DNA of 64,000 bases from Gemmatimonadota bacterium. GTDB lineage: Bacteria; Gemmatimonadota; Gemmatimonadetes; Palauibacterales; Palauibacteraceae. Positions 10,384 to 21,568 of this stretch are shown one piece after another; position 1 is the stretch's first letter; each line of letters starts with the position of its first letter. Both the position numbers and the translations under genes were made by a program. The DNA lies in the NCBI GenBank assembly GCA_963666735.1, contig OY762926.1, positions 1,760,001-1,824,000 on the forward strand, written 5' to 3'. Below the pieces are notes generated by a model, which was given only the letters and a program-made list of their open reading frames with translations, was not told where the DNA came from and ran no database searches.

Positions 10384-11172
10384 CTAGCCCTCCCCGTCGC
10401 CAGGGGTCGCGGGAACCGTGTCGCGGGCGGTTTCCCGCGTGAGATCCGCCGTGGCCGGGTCGGGCGGCGCCCCCGCCACGATCACGGAGACGAACCCCTC
10501 CCCGCGGAGAGCGGAGCCCGGGGCCGGACTTTGAAAGATGACGCGTCCCTGCACCTCGGGAGCCTCGACCTGGTAGCGGACGGCGCCCAGGCGGAGATCG
10601 ACCTCCTCGAGAAGAAACTCGAGGTCGTCCACATGGCGGCCGTGAAGATCGGGGACGGCGACGATCGCCTTCCCCTGGCTGACGAAGAGGCGGACGCGTG
10701 CGGGGAGCGTGAGGTTCGTCCCCGCGACGGGCTCGGTCCGGATCGCGCCGGCGACGGCGCTCTCGTCGGTTTCCTCGACATCGATATCGAAGCCGAGCCG
10801 GGTGAGGAGGGCCGCGGCCTCGCCGCCCGGTAGTCCGGCGAGGGCGGGCACGCGGCGCGTTTCGATGCCGGCGCTCGCCGTGAGCACGATCGTGTCCCCG
10901 GCCCGGGCGAGCTGGCCGGGGAGCGGTCGCTGGGCGACCACGGCGCCGGCGGGAATCTCGCCATGATGGAGCCGGCCCTGCTCGGTTGAGACGAGCCCCA
11001 GCGCGGAGAGGCGTGCGCCGGCCTCGGCGATGGCTACGCCCGTGAGATCCGGGATCTCGGTGAAAGCGACATCGGTCGGATCCGCCGCCGCCGGGAAGAG
11101 CCGGATCGCGGCGAACAGGTAGCCGATGCCGAACATGGCGGCGAAGAGGAGGACCAGGCGCAGGAATCTCAC
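10384..11172 (-). CDS. PASTA domain-containing membrane protein
   Basis: N-terminal TM helix and three PASTA-like repeats (IPDLTG, VPALAG, VPDLHG, with V..Q.P.PG). Confidence 0.85.
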   Translation of the reverse strand: MRFLRLVLLFAAMFGIGYLFAAIRLFPAAADPTDVAFTEIPDLTGVAIAEAGARLSALGLVSTEQGRLHHGEIPAGAVVAQRPLPGQLARAGDTIVLTASAGIETRRVPALAGLPGGEAAALLTRLGFDIDVEETDESAVAGAIRTEPVAGTNLTLPARVRLFVSQGKAIVAVPDLHGRHVDDLEFLLEEVDLRLGAVRYQVEAPEVQGRVIFQSPAPGSALRGEGFVSVIVAGAPPDPATADLTRETARDTVPATPGDGEG

Positions 11173-11179
11173 GGGACTC

Positions 11180-12490
11180 TCACGCGATCCGCCGCAGACG
11201 CGCGGCGTAGGCGCCGTCCGTGCCGGTGAGCCATGGACGCATGAAGAGGTCGCCGCGAGACGTCACGCAATCGCTGCGCGCGCCCGCGGGGGGCGGCTCG
11301 CGCCGGTAGTCGGACCTCCGATCCAGAAAGGCGTCCACCTGTTCTTCGTTCTCCTCGCGTTCGAGCGAGCACGTGCTGTACACGAGCAGCCCGCCCCGTC
11401 TCACGGCCGCGGCGCAGGCGTCCACGATCTCGCGCTGCAGGACCACGAGGTCGTCGAGGCCGCGCTGTTCGAGCCGCCAGCGGGCATCGGCCCGCCGCCG
11501 CAGTACTCCGGTGCCCGTGCAGGGCACATCGGCCAGCACGGTCCCGGCCGCGGCGACCGGAAGCCGCCGCGCGTCGGCGACCGCCGCGCTCACCGGCAGT
11601 TCGAGCCGCCGGGCCGGCGCGCCGAGGCGGGCCAGCCGCCGGTACGAGATGTCGAGCGCCACGACCGGCAGACCGTACTCCGCGGCGAGCCCGAGGGTCT
11701 TCGTGCCCGGCGCCGCGCACACGTCGAGTACCGGCTCCTCGAGCCGGCCACCTGCATAATCTACCACGGCGGAGGCCGCAGGGTCCTGAATCACCGCTCG
11801 GAGGTGCGAGAGCGCGGTCGCGGGCAGTCCCTTTTCGAGCCGGAAGGAGCGCGGCCAGCCGGGGACGGGCTCGAGTTCCACGCCGTCGGGCGGCGCCGGA
11901 TCTTCATCGGTCAGCATGCGGACGACGACAGCCGGCGGCCGGTTCTGATGTTCGACGAGCCGCCGCACATCCGCGAGCCCCCAGCGCGCCAGCCACCGCC
12001 GGACGAGCCACTCCGGGTGCGAACCCCACGAGCACAGGTGCCCCACCGGATCCACGTCCGGATCGGGAAAGGGACCGGCGCCCGCGAGCGCGTTCGGGCC
12101 GGCGCCGGAATCGGTGTCGCGGATCCTGGCGAGCGCGCGGAGCACGGCGTTCACGTATCCGGCGCGGCCGCGCCCCAGGGCCGAGCGTGCCGCGCCGACG
12201 GTTTCACCCACCGCCGCGTGGTCCGGCGTCCTCAACTCCGTCAACTGGTACGCACCGATGCGAAGCCAGTCGCGCACCGCCCGGTCCATGCGGGACGGCG
12301 GCCGGTCGGCGCAGGCCCGGATCCAGGTGTCGAGGCGGGCGCGCAGGCGGAGGCAACCTAAGGCGATGTCCAGCGCCAGTCCGCGATCGGCCGGGTCCAC
12401 GACCGGGAGGATGCGCGACGCCGCGCGGTCGGAGAGCGCGCCCCGCCGCACCTCGCCCAGGATCCGGTGGGCCGCCGCGCGGGGGTTCAA
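11180..12490 (-). CDS. rsmB: 16S rRNA m5C967 methyltransferase RsmB (NusB-like domain plus NOL1/NOP2 domain)
   Basis: GYVNAVLR, SHPEWLV, IQD, VLDVCAAPGTKT, DVPCTGTG and YSTCS..EENE. The TTG start overlaps the thiG stop (TTGA). Confidence 0.88.
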   Translation of the reverse strand: MNPRAAAHRILGEVRRGALSDRAASRILPVVDPADRGLALDIALGCLRLRARLDTWIRACADRPPSRMDRAVRDWLRIGAYQLTELRTPDHAAVGETVGAARSALGRGRAGYVNAVLRALARIRDTDSGAGPNALAGAGPFPDPDVDPVGHLCSWGSHPEWLVRRWLARWGLADVRRLVEHQNRPPAVVVRMLTDEDPAPPDGVELEPVPGWPRSFRLEKGLPATALSHLRAVIQDPAASAVVDYAGGRLEEPVLDVCAAPGTKTLGLAAEYGLPVVALDISYRRLARLGAPARRLELPVSAAVADARRLPVAAAGTVLADVPCTGTGVLRRRADARWRLEQRGLDDLVVLQREIVDACAAAVRRGGLLVYSTCSLEREENEEQVDAFLDRRSDYRREPPPAGARSDCVTSRGDLFMRPWLTGTDGAYAARLRRIA

Positions 12491-13263
12491 GCCGGCGGCG
12501 GCACGCCCTCGAGCGGGCTCGAAGGCACCGCCCATTCACGTCGGGGCATGCGGCCGGCCAGGTAGGCGCGCCGGCCGGCTTCCACCGCGAGCCGCATGGC
12601 GCCGGCCATCTCCACCGGATCCTCCGCCGCGGCGATCGCCGTGTTCATGAGAATCCCATCCACGCCCTGCTCCATCGTCGCGCAGGCGTCGGACGCGGTG
12701 CCCACGCCGGCATCGACGATGACCGGGACGGACAGGCGGGACTTGATGATGCGGATGTTGAGGGGGTTGAGGAGTCCGAGGCCGCTCCCGATCGGCGAGG
12801 CGAGCGGCATCACCGCGGCGGCTCCGGCTTCCTCCAGGCGCAGCGCCGTGATGAGGTCGTCGTTCGTGTACGGAAGCACCACGAACCCCTCGGCGACGAG
12901 CACGCGCGTGGCCTCGATCAACTCCTCGGTATGGGGCAGGAGCGTGTCGGAGTCGCCGATGACTTCGAGCTTCACCCAGTCGCTCATGCCCGCCGCCCGC
13001 CCGAGCCGCGCCGCGCGGACCGCCTCCTCCGCACTGTAGCAGGCGGCGGTGTTCGGCAGGAGGCTGAATTCGTCCGGGCTCAGCGTGCGGAGGATGTCGT
13101 CGCGGTCCGGGTTCTCGATGTCGACCCGGCGCACCGCGACGGTGACCATGTCGGCGCCGGAGGCCCGGATCGCTTCGAGCATGATCTCGGGACTCGGGTA
13201 TTTTCCCGTTCCGACGATGAGCCGGGAGGCGAACGTGCGGCCGGAGATTTGGAGCGGCGCCAT
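12487..13263 (-). CDS. thiG: Thiazole synthase
   Basis: SRLIVGTGKY, LPNTAAC, WVKLEVIGD, MPLASPIGSG, VDAGVG and LMNTAIA. Confidence 0.96.
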   Translation of the reverse strand: MAPLQISGRTFASRLIVGTGKYPSPEIMLEAIRASGADMVTVAVRRVDIENPDRDDILRTLSPDEFSLLPNTAACYSAEEAVRAARLGRAAGMSDWVKLEVIGDSDTLLPHTEELIEATRVLVAEGFVVLPYTNDDLITALRLEEAGAAAVMPLASPIGSGLGLLNPLNIRIIKSRLSVPVIVDAGVGTASDACATMEQGVDGILMNTAIAAAEDPVEMAGAMRLAVEAGRRAYLAGRMPRREWAVPSSPLEGVPPPA

Positions 13264-13264
13264 C

Positions 13265-13465
13265 TCATCCGCCTCCCACGAAATGGACGAGTTCGACGCG
13301 GTCTCCGGCTTTCAGTTGCGCGCTCTCGACCTCGGGCGGACGGACGATCCGCCGGTTGAGTTCGACGACGAGCGTGCGTCCATCGAGCCCGAGATCCCGG
13401 AGCAACGTCGCGACTGACGTTCCCGCGGGAACGTCTCGCTCCCTTCCGTTCACCTGAATCTGCAT
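13265..13465 (-). CDS. thiS: Sulfur carrier protein ThiS
   Basis: MQIQVNG...VVELN...GDRVELVHFVGGG with the C-terminal GG; adjacent to thiG. Confidence 0.93.
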   Translation of the reverse strand: MQIQVNGRERDVPAGTSVATLLRDLGLDGRTLVVELNRRIVRPPEVESAQLKAGDRVELVHFVGGG

Positions 13466-13529
13466 CTCCATGGTCTCCACGAAGTCCGTATCCGGTCCGT
13501 GACCGGTCCGTGCGTTCGTTCGCGTTCGG

Positions 13530-14285
13530 TCAGCGATCCCGCCGGTCTCGCCGGTCTCGCCGATCGAACCGGTCCAGCCGGTCCAGCTGTGTACGAAGGT
13601 CGAGCGCGGCTCGCGCCGGGTCGGGCGCGGACCACACGGCCCGGCCCACCACGATGCCGTACGCCCCGGCTTCCGTCACCTCCGCGATCCGGTCCGCGCC
13701 CACGCCTCCGATCGCGAGGATCGGCGGCGGACGGCGCGCGGACAGCCGGTTGGCGGGCAGCCGGCGCGCGGCCAGCCGCAGGGCTGACAGTCGGCGGCGA
13801 ACCGCGGATACGGCGGCGGGCCCGCTTCCCTCGACCCCCGGGTGCGAGGGCGTCGCGTAGATCGTGCCGAGCACGAGGTAGTCGGCGCCCCGGGCCGCTC
13901 GCAGCGCCCCGTCCGCGTCATGCACGGAGGCCCCGATCGCGAGCCTCCCCGCGCACGCCGCGACCATCCGGCGCGTCTCCTCCACCCCGAGCGCCGTGCG
14001 CCCAAGTTGTACGGCCCTCGCACCCGCCGCCAGCGCGACATCGGGCCGCCCGTTCACGACGAGCCAGCTCCCGGCGCGCGAGGCCGCGGGGGCGAGCCGC
14101 TCCGCCATTTCGAACATCCGCCGGGTGCTGATCCGGGCCCGCAGATGGATGGCGAGCGGGGCCGCGCGCTCCAGTACGCGCTCGACCGCCGCCAGTCCCC
14201 CCGGACCGCCGGAATCCCCCCGGCGGCCGGAAACCCCGGGATCGCCGGCGCCCTCCAGTTCCCGCTCCGAGACGAGGACGTGCAA
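13530..14285 (-). CDS. Thiamine-phosphate synthase superfamily protein, TenI-like rather than canonical ThiE
   Basis: TMP-synthase barrel motifs (GASVH, GADYLVLG.I..T.SH, AIGG). It has IHLR, NGRPD and VQLG where ThiE has QLR, NDR.D and HLGQ.D. Confidence 0.8.
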   Translation of the reverse strand: MHVLVSERELEGAGDPGVSGRRGDSGGPGGLAAVERVLERAAPLAIHLRARISTRRMFEMAERLAPAASRAGSWLVVNGRPDVALAAGARAVQLGRTALGVEETRRMVAACAGRLAIGASVHDADGALRAARGADYLVLGTIYATPSHPGVEGSGPAAVSAVRRRLSALRLAARRLPANRLSARRPPPILAIGGVGADRIAEVTEAGAYGIVVGRAVWSAPDPARAALDLRTQLDRLDRFDRRDRRDRRDR

Positions 14286-14301
14286 GCGCGGGAGTCGTGG
14301 C

Positions 14302-15312
14302 TCAGGCGAAGCGAACCTCCTTCGGGTCCGGGAGACCCCTCACCCACTCGGCCGCGCTCATGCGGCGGCGGGCGGCCGGTTTCACGGCGCCGATGGCGAT
14401 CGTGCCCGACCCCGTCGCGACGCGCAGCCCCCGAACGGGATCGGCCCGGACGACGGTGCCCGGCGCGGTGCCCGATACGGTGCCCGAGCGGGAGCTTCCG
14501 GCGTGGGCGCCGCCCGCGCGGGAACCGTCTTCCGCTCCGGGGGCGTCGACGCTCGGCTCGAAGCACTGCAGAGTTCTCCCGGCGAGGACGGCGGGCGCAG
14601 CGAGCGACGTCCAGGCGGCGGGCCAGGGGTCGCAGCCGCGGAGCCAGTTCGCGACTTCGGCCGCGGGGCGAGACCAGTCGATGCGCGCCGTCTCGCGGTC
14701 GAGCTTCGGCGCCCATGTCGCGCGCGCGTGGTCCTGCGCCCTCTCCACCGCCCGCCCGGACGCGAGGTCGTCGAGCACGGTGACGAGCCGCGCGCCCCCC
14801 GCTTCCGCGGTCTCCGCGTACAGTTCTCCGGCCGTCATCGCCGCCGGGATGGGGATCCGCGTCTGTCCGAGCACGGGGCCGGCGTCGAGTTCCGCGACCA
14901 TGCGCTGGATGCTGACCCCGGACTCGCGGTGCCCCCGGATGATGGCCCAGTTGATGGGAGCGGCGCCGCGCAGCGCGGGCAGCAGCGACGCGTGCACGTT
15001 CACCGACCCGAGCGGCGGCAGGTCCAGCGCGGCCGGCGGGAGCAGACGGCCGTACGCCGCGACGACGGAGATGTCGGGGCGCAGGCGGCGGGCGGCGGCA
15101 AGGAAACCCTCCTCAGCGGGACGCTCGGGCTGGAGCACGGACACGCCGGCGTCGAGTGCCCACGCCTTCACCGGACTCGCACGCGGACGCCTCCCCCGGC
15201 CGGCGGGCCGGTCCGGGTTCGTGACGACGCCCGCGATGTCGTGCCCCGCCCCCCGCATCGCCTCCAGCGAGGGGAGCCCGAACTCCGGCGTGCCCCAGAA
15301 CAGGACCCTCAT
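14302..15312 (-). CDS. fmt: Methionyl-tRNA formyltransferase
   Basis: MRVLFWGTPEF, VVT.PDRPAGRG, VVAAYG, NVHASLLP..RGAAPI and LDAGP. Confidence 0.95.
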   Translation of the reverse strand: MRVLFWGTPEFGLPSLEAMRGAGHDIAGVVTNPDRPAGRGRRPRASPVKAWALDAGVSVLQPERPAEEGFLAAARRLRPDISVVAAYGRLLPPAALDLPPLGSVNVHASLLPALRGAAPINWAIIRGHRESGVSIQRMVAELDAGPVLGQTRIPIPAAMTAGELYAETAEAGGARLVTVLDDLASGRAVERAQDHARATWAPKLDRETARIDWSRPAAEVANWLRGCDPWPAAWTSLAAPAVLAGRTLQCFEPSVDAPGAEDGSRAGGAHAGSSRSGTVSGTAPGTVVRADPVRGLRVATGSGTIAIGAVKPAARRRMSAAEWVRGLPDPKEVRFA

Positions 15313-15355
15313 TGCGGGAGACCCCTCATGCCGCCCGCAGCCGCTTCAGCCCGCT

Positions 15356-15850
15356 TCAGTCCCGCTCCTGTTTCCGCCACTTCGCGAGCAGGATCTTGCG
15401 CTTGAGCGGACTCACGCGGTCCAGGAAGAGGATCCCGTCCAGGTGGTCCTTCTCGTGCTGGATACAACGGCTCAGAATGCCGTCGGCGCGGATCTCCACC
15501 GGCTCTCCCTCCAGTCCGAGGCCGCGGGCAACGATGGACGCGCTGCGCTCGACGGTCTCCGACAGTCCGGGGATGCTCAGACACCCCTCCTCCTCCTTCA
15601 CCGCACCCTCTTCTTCGACGATCTCGGGGTTCACGAGCACGCCGGGCGAGATCTCCCGGTCTCGAACATCGTACACGAAGAGACGGATCGGCACCCCCAC
15701 CTGGGGCGCCGCGAGACCGATGCCGTCCGCGTCGTACATCGTCTCCTGCATGTCCGCGGCGAGTCGGCGGATCTCGTCGTCGATCTCCGTCACGGGGGCG
15801 CATTTCTCCCGCAGGACGGGGTCTCCGAACATGCGGATGTCGAGGATCAC
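15356..15850 (-). CDS. def: Peptide deformylase
   Basis: GIGLAAPQVG, EGCLSIPG and QHEKDHLDG. Confidence 0.96.
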   Translation of the reverse strand: MILDIRMFGDPVLREKCAPVTEIDDEIRRLAADMQETMYDADGIGLAAPQVGVPIRLFVYDVRDREISPGVLVNPEIVEEEGAVKEEEGCLSIPGLSETVERSASIVARGLGLEGEPVEIRADGILSRCIQHEKDHLDGILFLDRVSPLKRKILLAKWRKQERD

Positions 15851-15906
15851 GAAGACTCGGCGGGGCTACCGGAGCCGGCGGGACGGAGGCGCCGAACCCG
15901 CGGCCG

Positions 15907-18568
<2,662 letters not shown>

Positions 18569-18579
<11 letters not shown>

Positions 18580-19639
18580 CGCCGAACAGCGCACGCTGTG
18601 CCCCGCCCCCCGACCCGTCGCGGTCGCCCGGGAGGGCGTAACCGAAGCGCTCGTACGCCTTCCGGGTGGCCACGCGGCCGCGTGACGTGCGCTGCATGTA
18701 CCCGTTCTGGATCAGGTACGGCTCGTAGACCTCCTCGAGCGTCCCCGCGTCCTCGCCCACGGCGACCGCAAGAGAGGCGAGTCCCACCGGCCCTCCTTCG
18801 AAGGTTTCGATGATCGCCTTGAGCACGCGGGCGTCCATCTCGTCGAGGCCGTACTCGTCGACGTTGAGCAGCGTGAGGCCCTTCTCCGCCGTCGCGGAAT
18901 CGATCCTGCCGTCGCCCCGCACCTGCGCGTAGTCGCGGACGCGGCGAAGGAGGCGGTTCGCGATGCGGGGCGTGCCGCGGGCGCGGCGGGCGATCTCGCC
19001 CGCCCCCCCGGAGGTGATCGGGATGTCGAGGAGGCGCGCGGAGCGGGTGACGATGCGCCCGAGGTCCGACGGCGGGTAGTAGCCCAGGCGCTCGATGACG
19101 CCGAAGCGCGCGCGCATCGGGGCGGTCAGGAGTCCGAACCGGGTCGTCGCGCCCACGAGCGTGAAGCGCTCGAGTTTCATCGAGAAGGTTTCCACGCGAG
19201 GTCCGTCGCCGAGTCGGATCTCGATGCGGTAGTCCTCCATCGCCGGATAGAGGAACTCCTCGATCACGGGCCGGAGGCGGTGGATCTCGTCGATGAAGAG
19301 GATCCCGCGTGGCGGGAGGTTCGTGAGCAGGCCGGCGAGGTCGCCCGGCTTCTCGAGCACGGGGCCGGAGGTGAGCTTGATCCCGACGCCGAGTTCCTCG
19401 GCGAGGAGGAGAGCGAGCGTCGTCTTCCCGAGGCCCGGCGGCCCGTAGAAGAGGGTGTGGTCGAGCGCTTCCTCGCGGCCGACCGCCGCCTCCACAAAGA
19501 CGGAGAGGCTCTCCTTGACCCGCGCCTGTCCGATGAACTCGTCGAGCCGCTGTGGGCGCAGCGAGGCGTCCGGACGTTCGTCGCTCTCGAGCACCTCGGG
19601 CGTCGTGATCTCCGTGCGCGGACCCGTCTCGTCGGTCAT
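18569..19639 (-). CDS. ruvB: Holliday junction branch migration helicase RuvB
   Basis: [43 protein letters not shown] and EPYL. Confidence 0.97.
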
Positions 19640-20250
19640 ACGTGCTGCAGCGCGCGGCGCACGAGTTCCTCGGCGCCCACGTCGACGCCCACGTCCGGGT
19701 CGCCGGCCCCCTGCGCGAGTCCCTGCAGGGCGCGGCTGACGGCGTTTTCGCTCTGCGAGCGCGGGTAGCCGAGGCCGCGCAGCGCCTGCACGGCCGCCGC
19801 GGCGACCCCGCCGCCCGGCACGGGATCGTCGCGCATGTCGCTGAGGTCGTCGAGTTTGTCGGTGAGTTCGATCACGATGCGTTCGGCGGTCTTCTTGCCG
19901 ACGCCGCTCACGGTCTGGAGGGTGCGGTGGTCCTTGGCCCGGATCGCGCGCACGACGCGCTCGGGCCGAAGCGCCCCCAGGATCGCGAGCGCGAGCCGGG
20001 GGCCCACGCCGCTCGGGACGCGGAGCCGCTGGAAGAGTTCGCGGTCGCCCGGCGTCTCGAAACCGAACAGCTCGAACGCGTCGTCGCGCACGACGAGGAC
20101 GGTGTGCAGTTCGACCTCGGATCCCTCGGGCGGCAGGCGCCCGGCGACCCCGAGCGGCACGCTGACCTCGTAGCCGACGCCGTCGCCCGTGAGGATCTCG
20201 ATGACGCTCTCCCCGCGCCAGGCGAGTTCGCCCCTGAGGCGCCGGATCAC
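19636..20250 (-). CDS. ruvA: Holliday junction DNA-binding protein RuvA
   Basis: [28 protein letters not shown] and AL..LGY. The GTG start gives MIRRLRG. Confidence 0.93.
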   Translation of the reverse strand: MIRRLRGELAWRGESVIEILTGDGVGYEVSVPLGVAGRLPPEGSEVELHTVLVVRDDAFELFGFETPGDRELFQRLRVPSGVGPRLALAILGALRPERVVRAIRAKDHRTLQTVSGVGKKTAERIVIELTDKLDDLSDMRDDPVPGGGVAAAAVQALRGLGYPRSQSENAVSRALQGLAQGAGDPDVGVDVGAEELVRRALQHV

Positions 20251-20290
20251 GGAAGTCTCCGCAGCGCCCGGCTCACGCGCTCCGCCCGGC

Positions 20291-20773
20291 TCACCGGATC
20301 GGTCCGGCGAGGAGGTGGCACAGCGCGACCGCGCAGCCGTCCGCCGCATCCGCCGGACGCGGCGGCTCGCCGAGCCGCAGATGGTGCTTGACCATGAAGC
20401 CGACCTGTTCCTTGCTCGCGGCGCCCGTCCCCACGACGTGCTTCTTCACTTCGCGCGGCGCGTACTCGTGCACCGGCAAGCCGCGCAGCGCGGCCGCGAG
20501 CACGAGGACGCCGCGCGCGTGCCCGAGCACGAGCGCCGTGCGCGCGTTCCGTCCGTGAAAGGCGCTCTCGATCGCGACGCACCCGGGCTCGAGCCGGTCG
20601 ATGAGGTCGAGCGCCGCGGTGTGGATGTCCACGAGACGCTCGGGGAGATCCTCTCCGCGCGGCCGCACGACGCCGCATTCGATGAGGCGATACGAGAGCC
20701 CTCCCGGACGGCGCCCCTCGACGAAGCCGTATCCCGTCGCCCGCGTGCCCGGGTCGATGCCCAGCACCTTCAG
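20291..20773 (-). CDS. ruvC: Crossover junction endodeoxyribonuclease RuvC
   Basis: (M)KVLGIDPG, AIE, LGHARG, G.G.ASKEQV and DAADG.AVALCH. The start is probably a CTG overlapping the yebC stop. Confidence 0.93.
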   Translation of the reverse strand: MKVLGIDPGTRATGYGFVEGRRPGGLSYRLIECGVVRPRGEDLPERLVDIHTAALDLIDRLEPGCVAIESAFHGRNARTALVLGHARGVLVLAAALRGLPVHEYAPREVKKHVVGTGAASKEQVGFMVKHHLRLGEPPRPADAADGCAVALCHLLAGPIR

Positions 20774-21522
20774 GGAGCTTCCCAGTCCGCCCCCTCCGCC
20801 TCCTCCAGATCCACGTTCGTATTCACCTTCAGCACGTCGTCGTGTTCGTCGAGCGCATGCAGGACGGCCAGCACCTTCTCTGCGTCGCGCCCCTCCAGTC
20901 TCACCGTGTTGCTGGGCAGCATCGCGAGGTCCGCCTCCTCGACGGGAACGCCGGCGTCGCGCAGCGCCCCCAGGACGTCGTGGAAGTCGGGCGCCGCCGT
21001 CGTCACGACGTACATCCCGTCCTCGGACTCGAAGTTCTCGGCCCCCGCCTCGAGCGCCGCGCCGAGCGCCGCGTCCTCGTCGCACCCGTCGGCGGGCACG
21101 AGGATCTGGCCCTTGCGTTCGAACATCCACGCGACGGACCCGCTCTGGCCCAGGTTGCCCCCCCGCTTGTCGAGCAGATGCCGGAGTTCGGCCAGCGTGC
21201 GGCGGGGGTTGTCGGTCAGGCACTCGAGGTAGAGCGCCGCGCCGCCCGGCCCGTAGCCCTCGTGCGTGACCTCTTCGAAGCTCGCGCCCGGCAGGTCCCC
21301 CGTCCCGCGGCGCACCGCACGATCGATGTTGTCGGCCGGCATGCGCTGGCCCTTGGCGTTGTCGATCGCGGTCCGCAGGCGCGGATTGAAGTCCGGATCT
21401 CCCCCGCCTTCCCGCGCCGCCACGGCGATTTCGCGACCGAGCTTCGAGAAGAGCTTCCCCTTCGCCTTGTCGGTCACCGCCTTCTGGCGCTTGATCTTCG
21501 ACCACTTCGAATGGCCCGCCAC
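20770..21522 (-). CDS. yebC: YebC/PmpR (TACO1) family protein
   Basis: MAGHSKW, NPRLR, EGYGPGG, LTDN..RT, V.WMF..KG and DDV..V..N. Confidence 0.95.
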   Translation of the reverse strand: MAGHSKWSKIKRQKAVTDKAKGKLFSKLGREIAVAAREGGGDPDFNPRLRTAIDNAKGQRMPADNIDRAVRRGTGDLPGASFEEVTHEGYGPGGAALYLECLTDNPRRTLAELRHLLDKRGGNLGQSGSVAWMFERKGQILVPADGCDEDAALGAALEAGAENFESEDGMYVVTTAAPDFHDVLGALRDAGVPVEEADLAMLPSNTVRLEGRDAEKVLAVLHALDEHDDVLKVNTNVDLEEAEGADWEAP

Positions 21523-21568
21523 CGGCTACCGCCCGCCCATCTTCCTGGTCGTCGTCCTCGTCGTCGTC

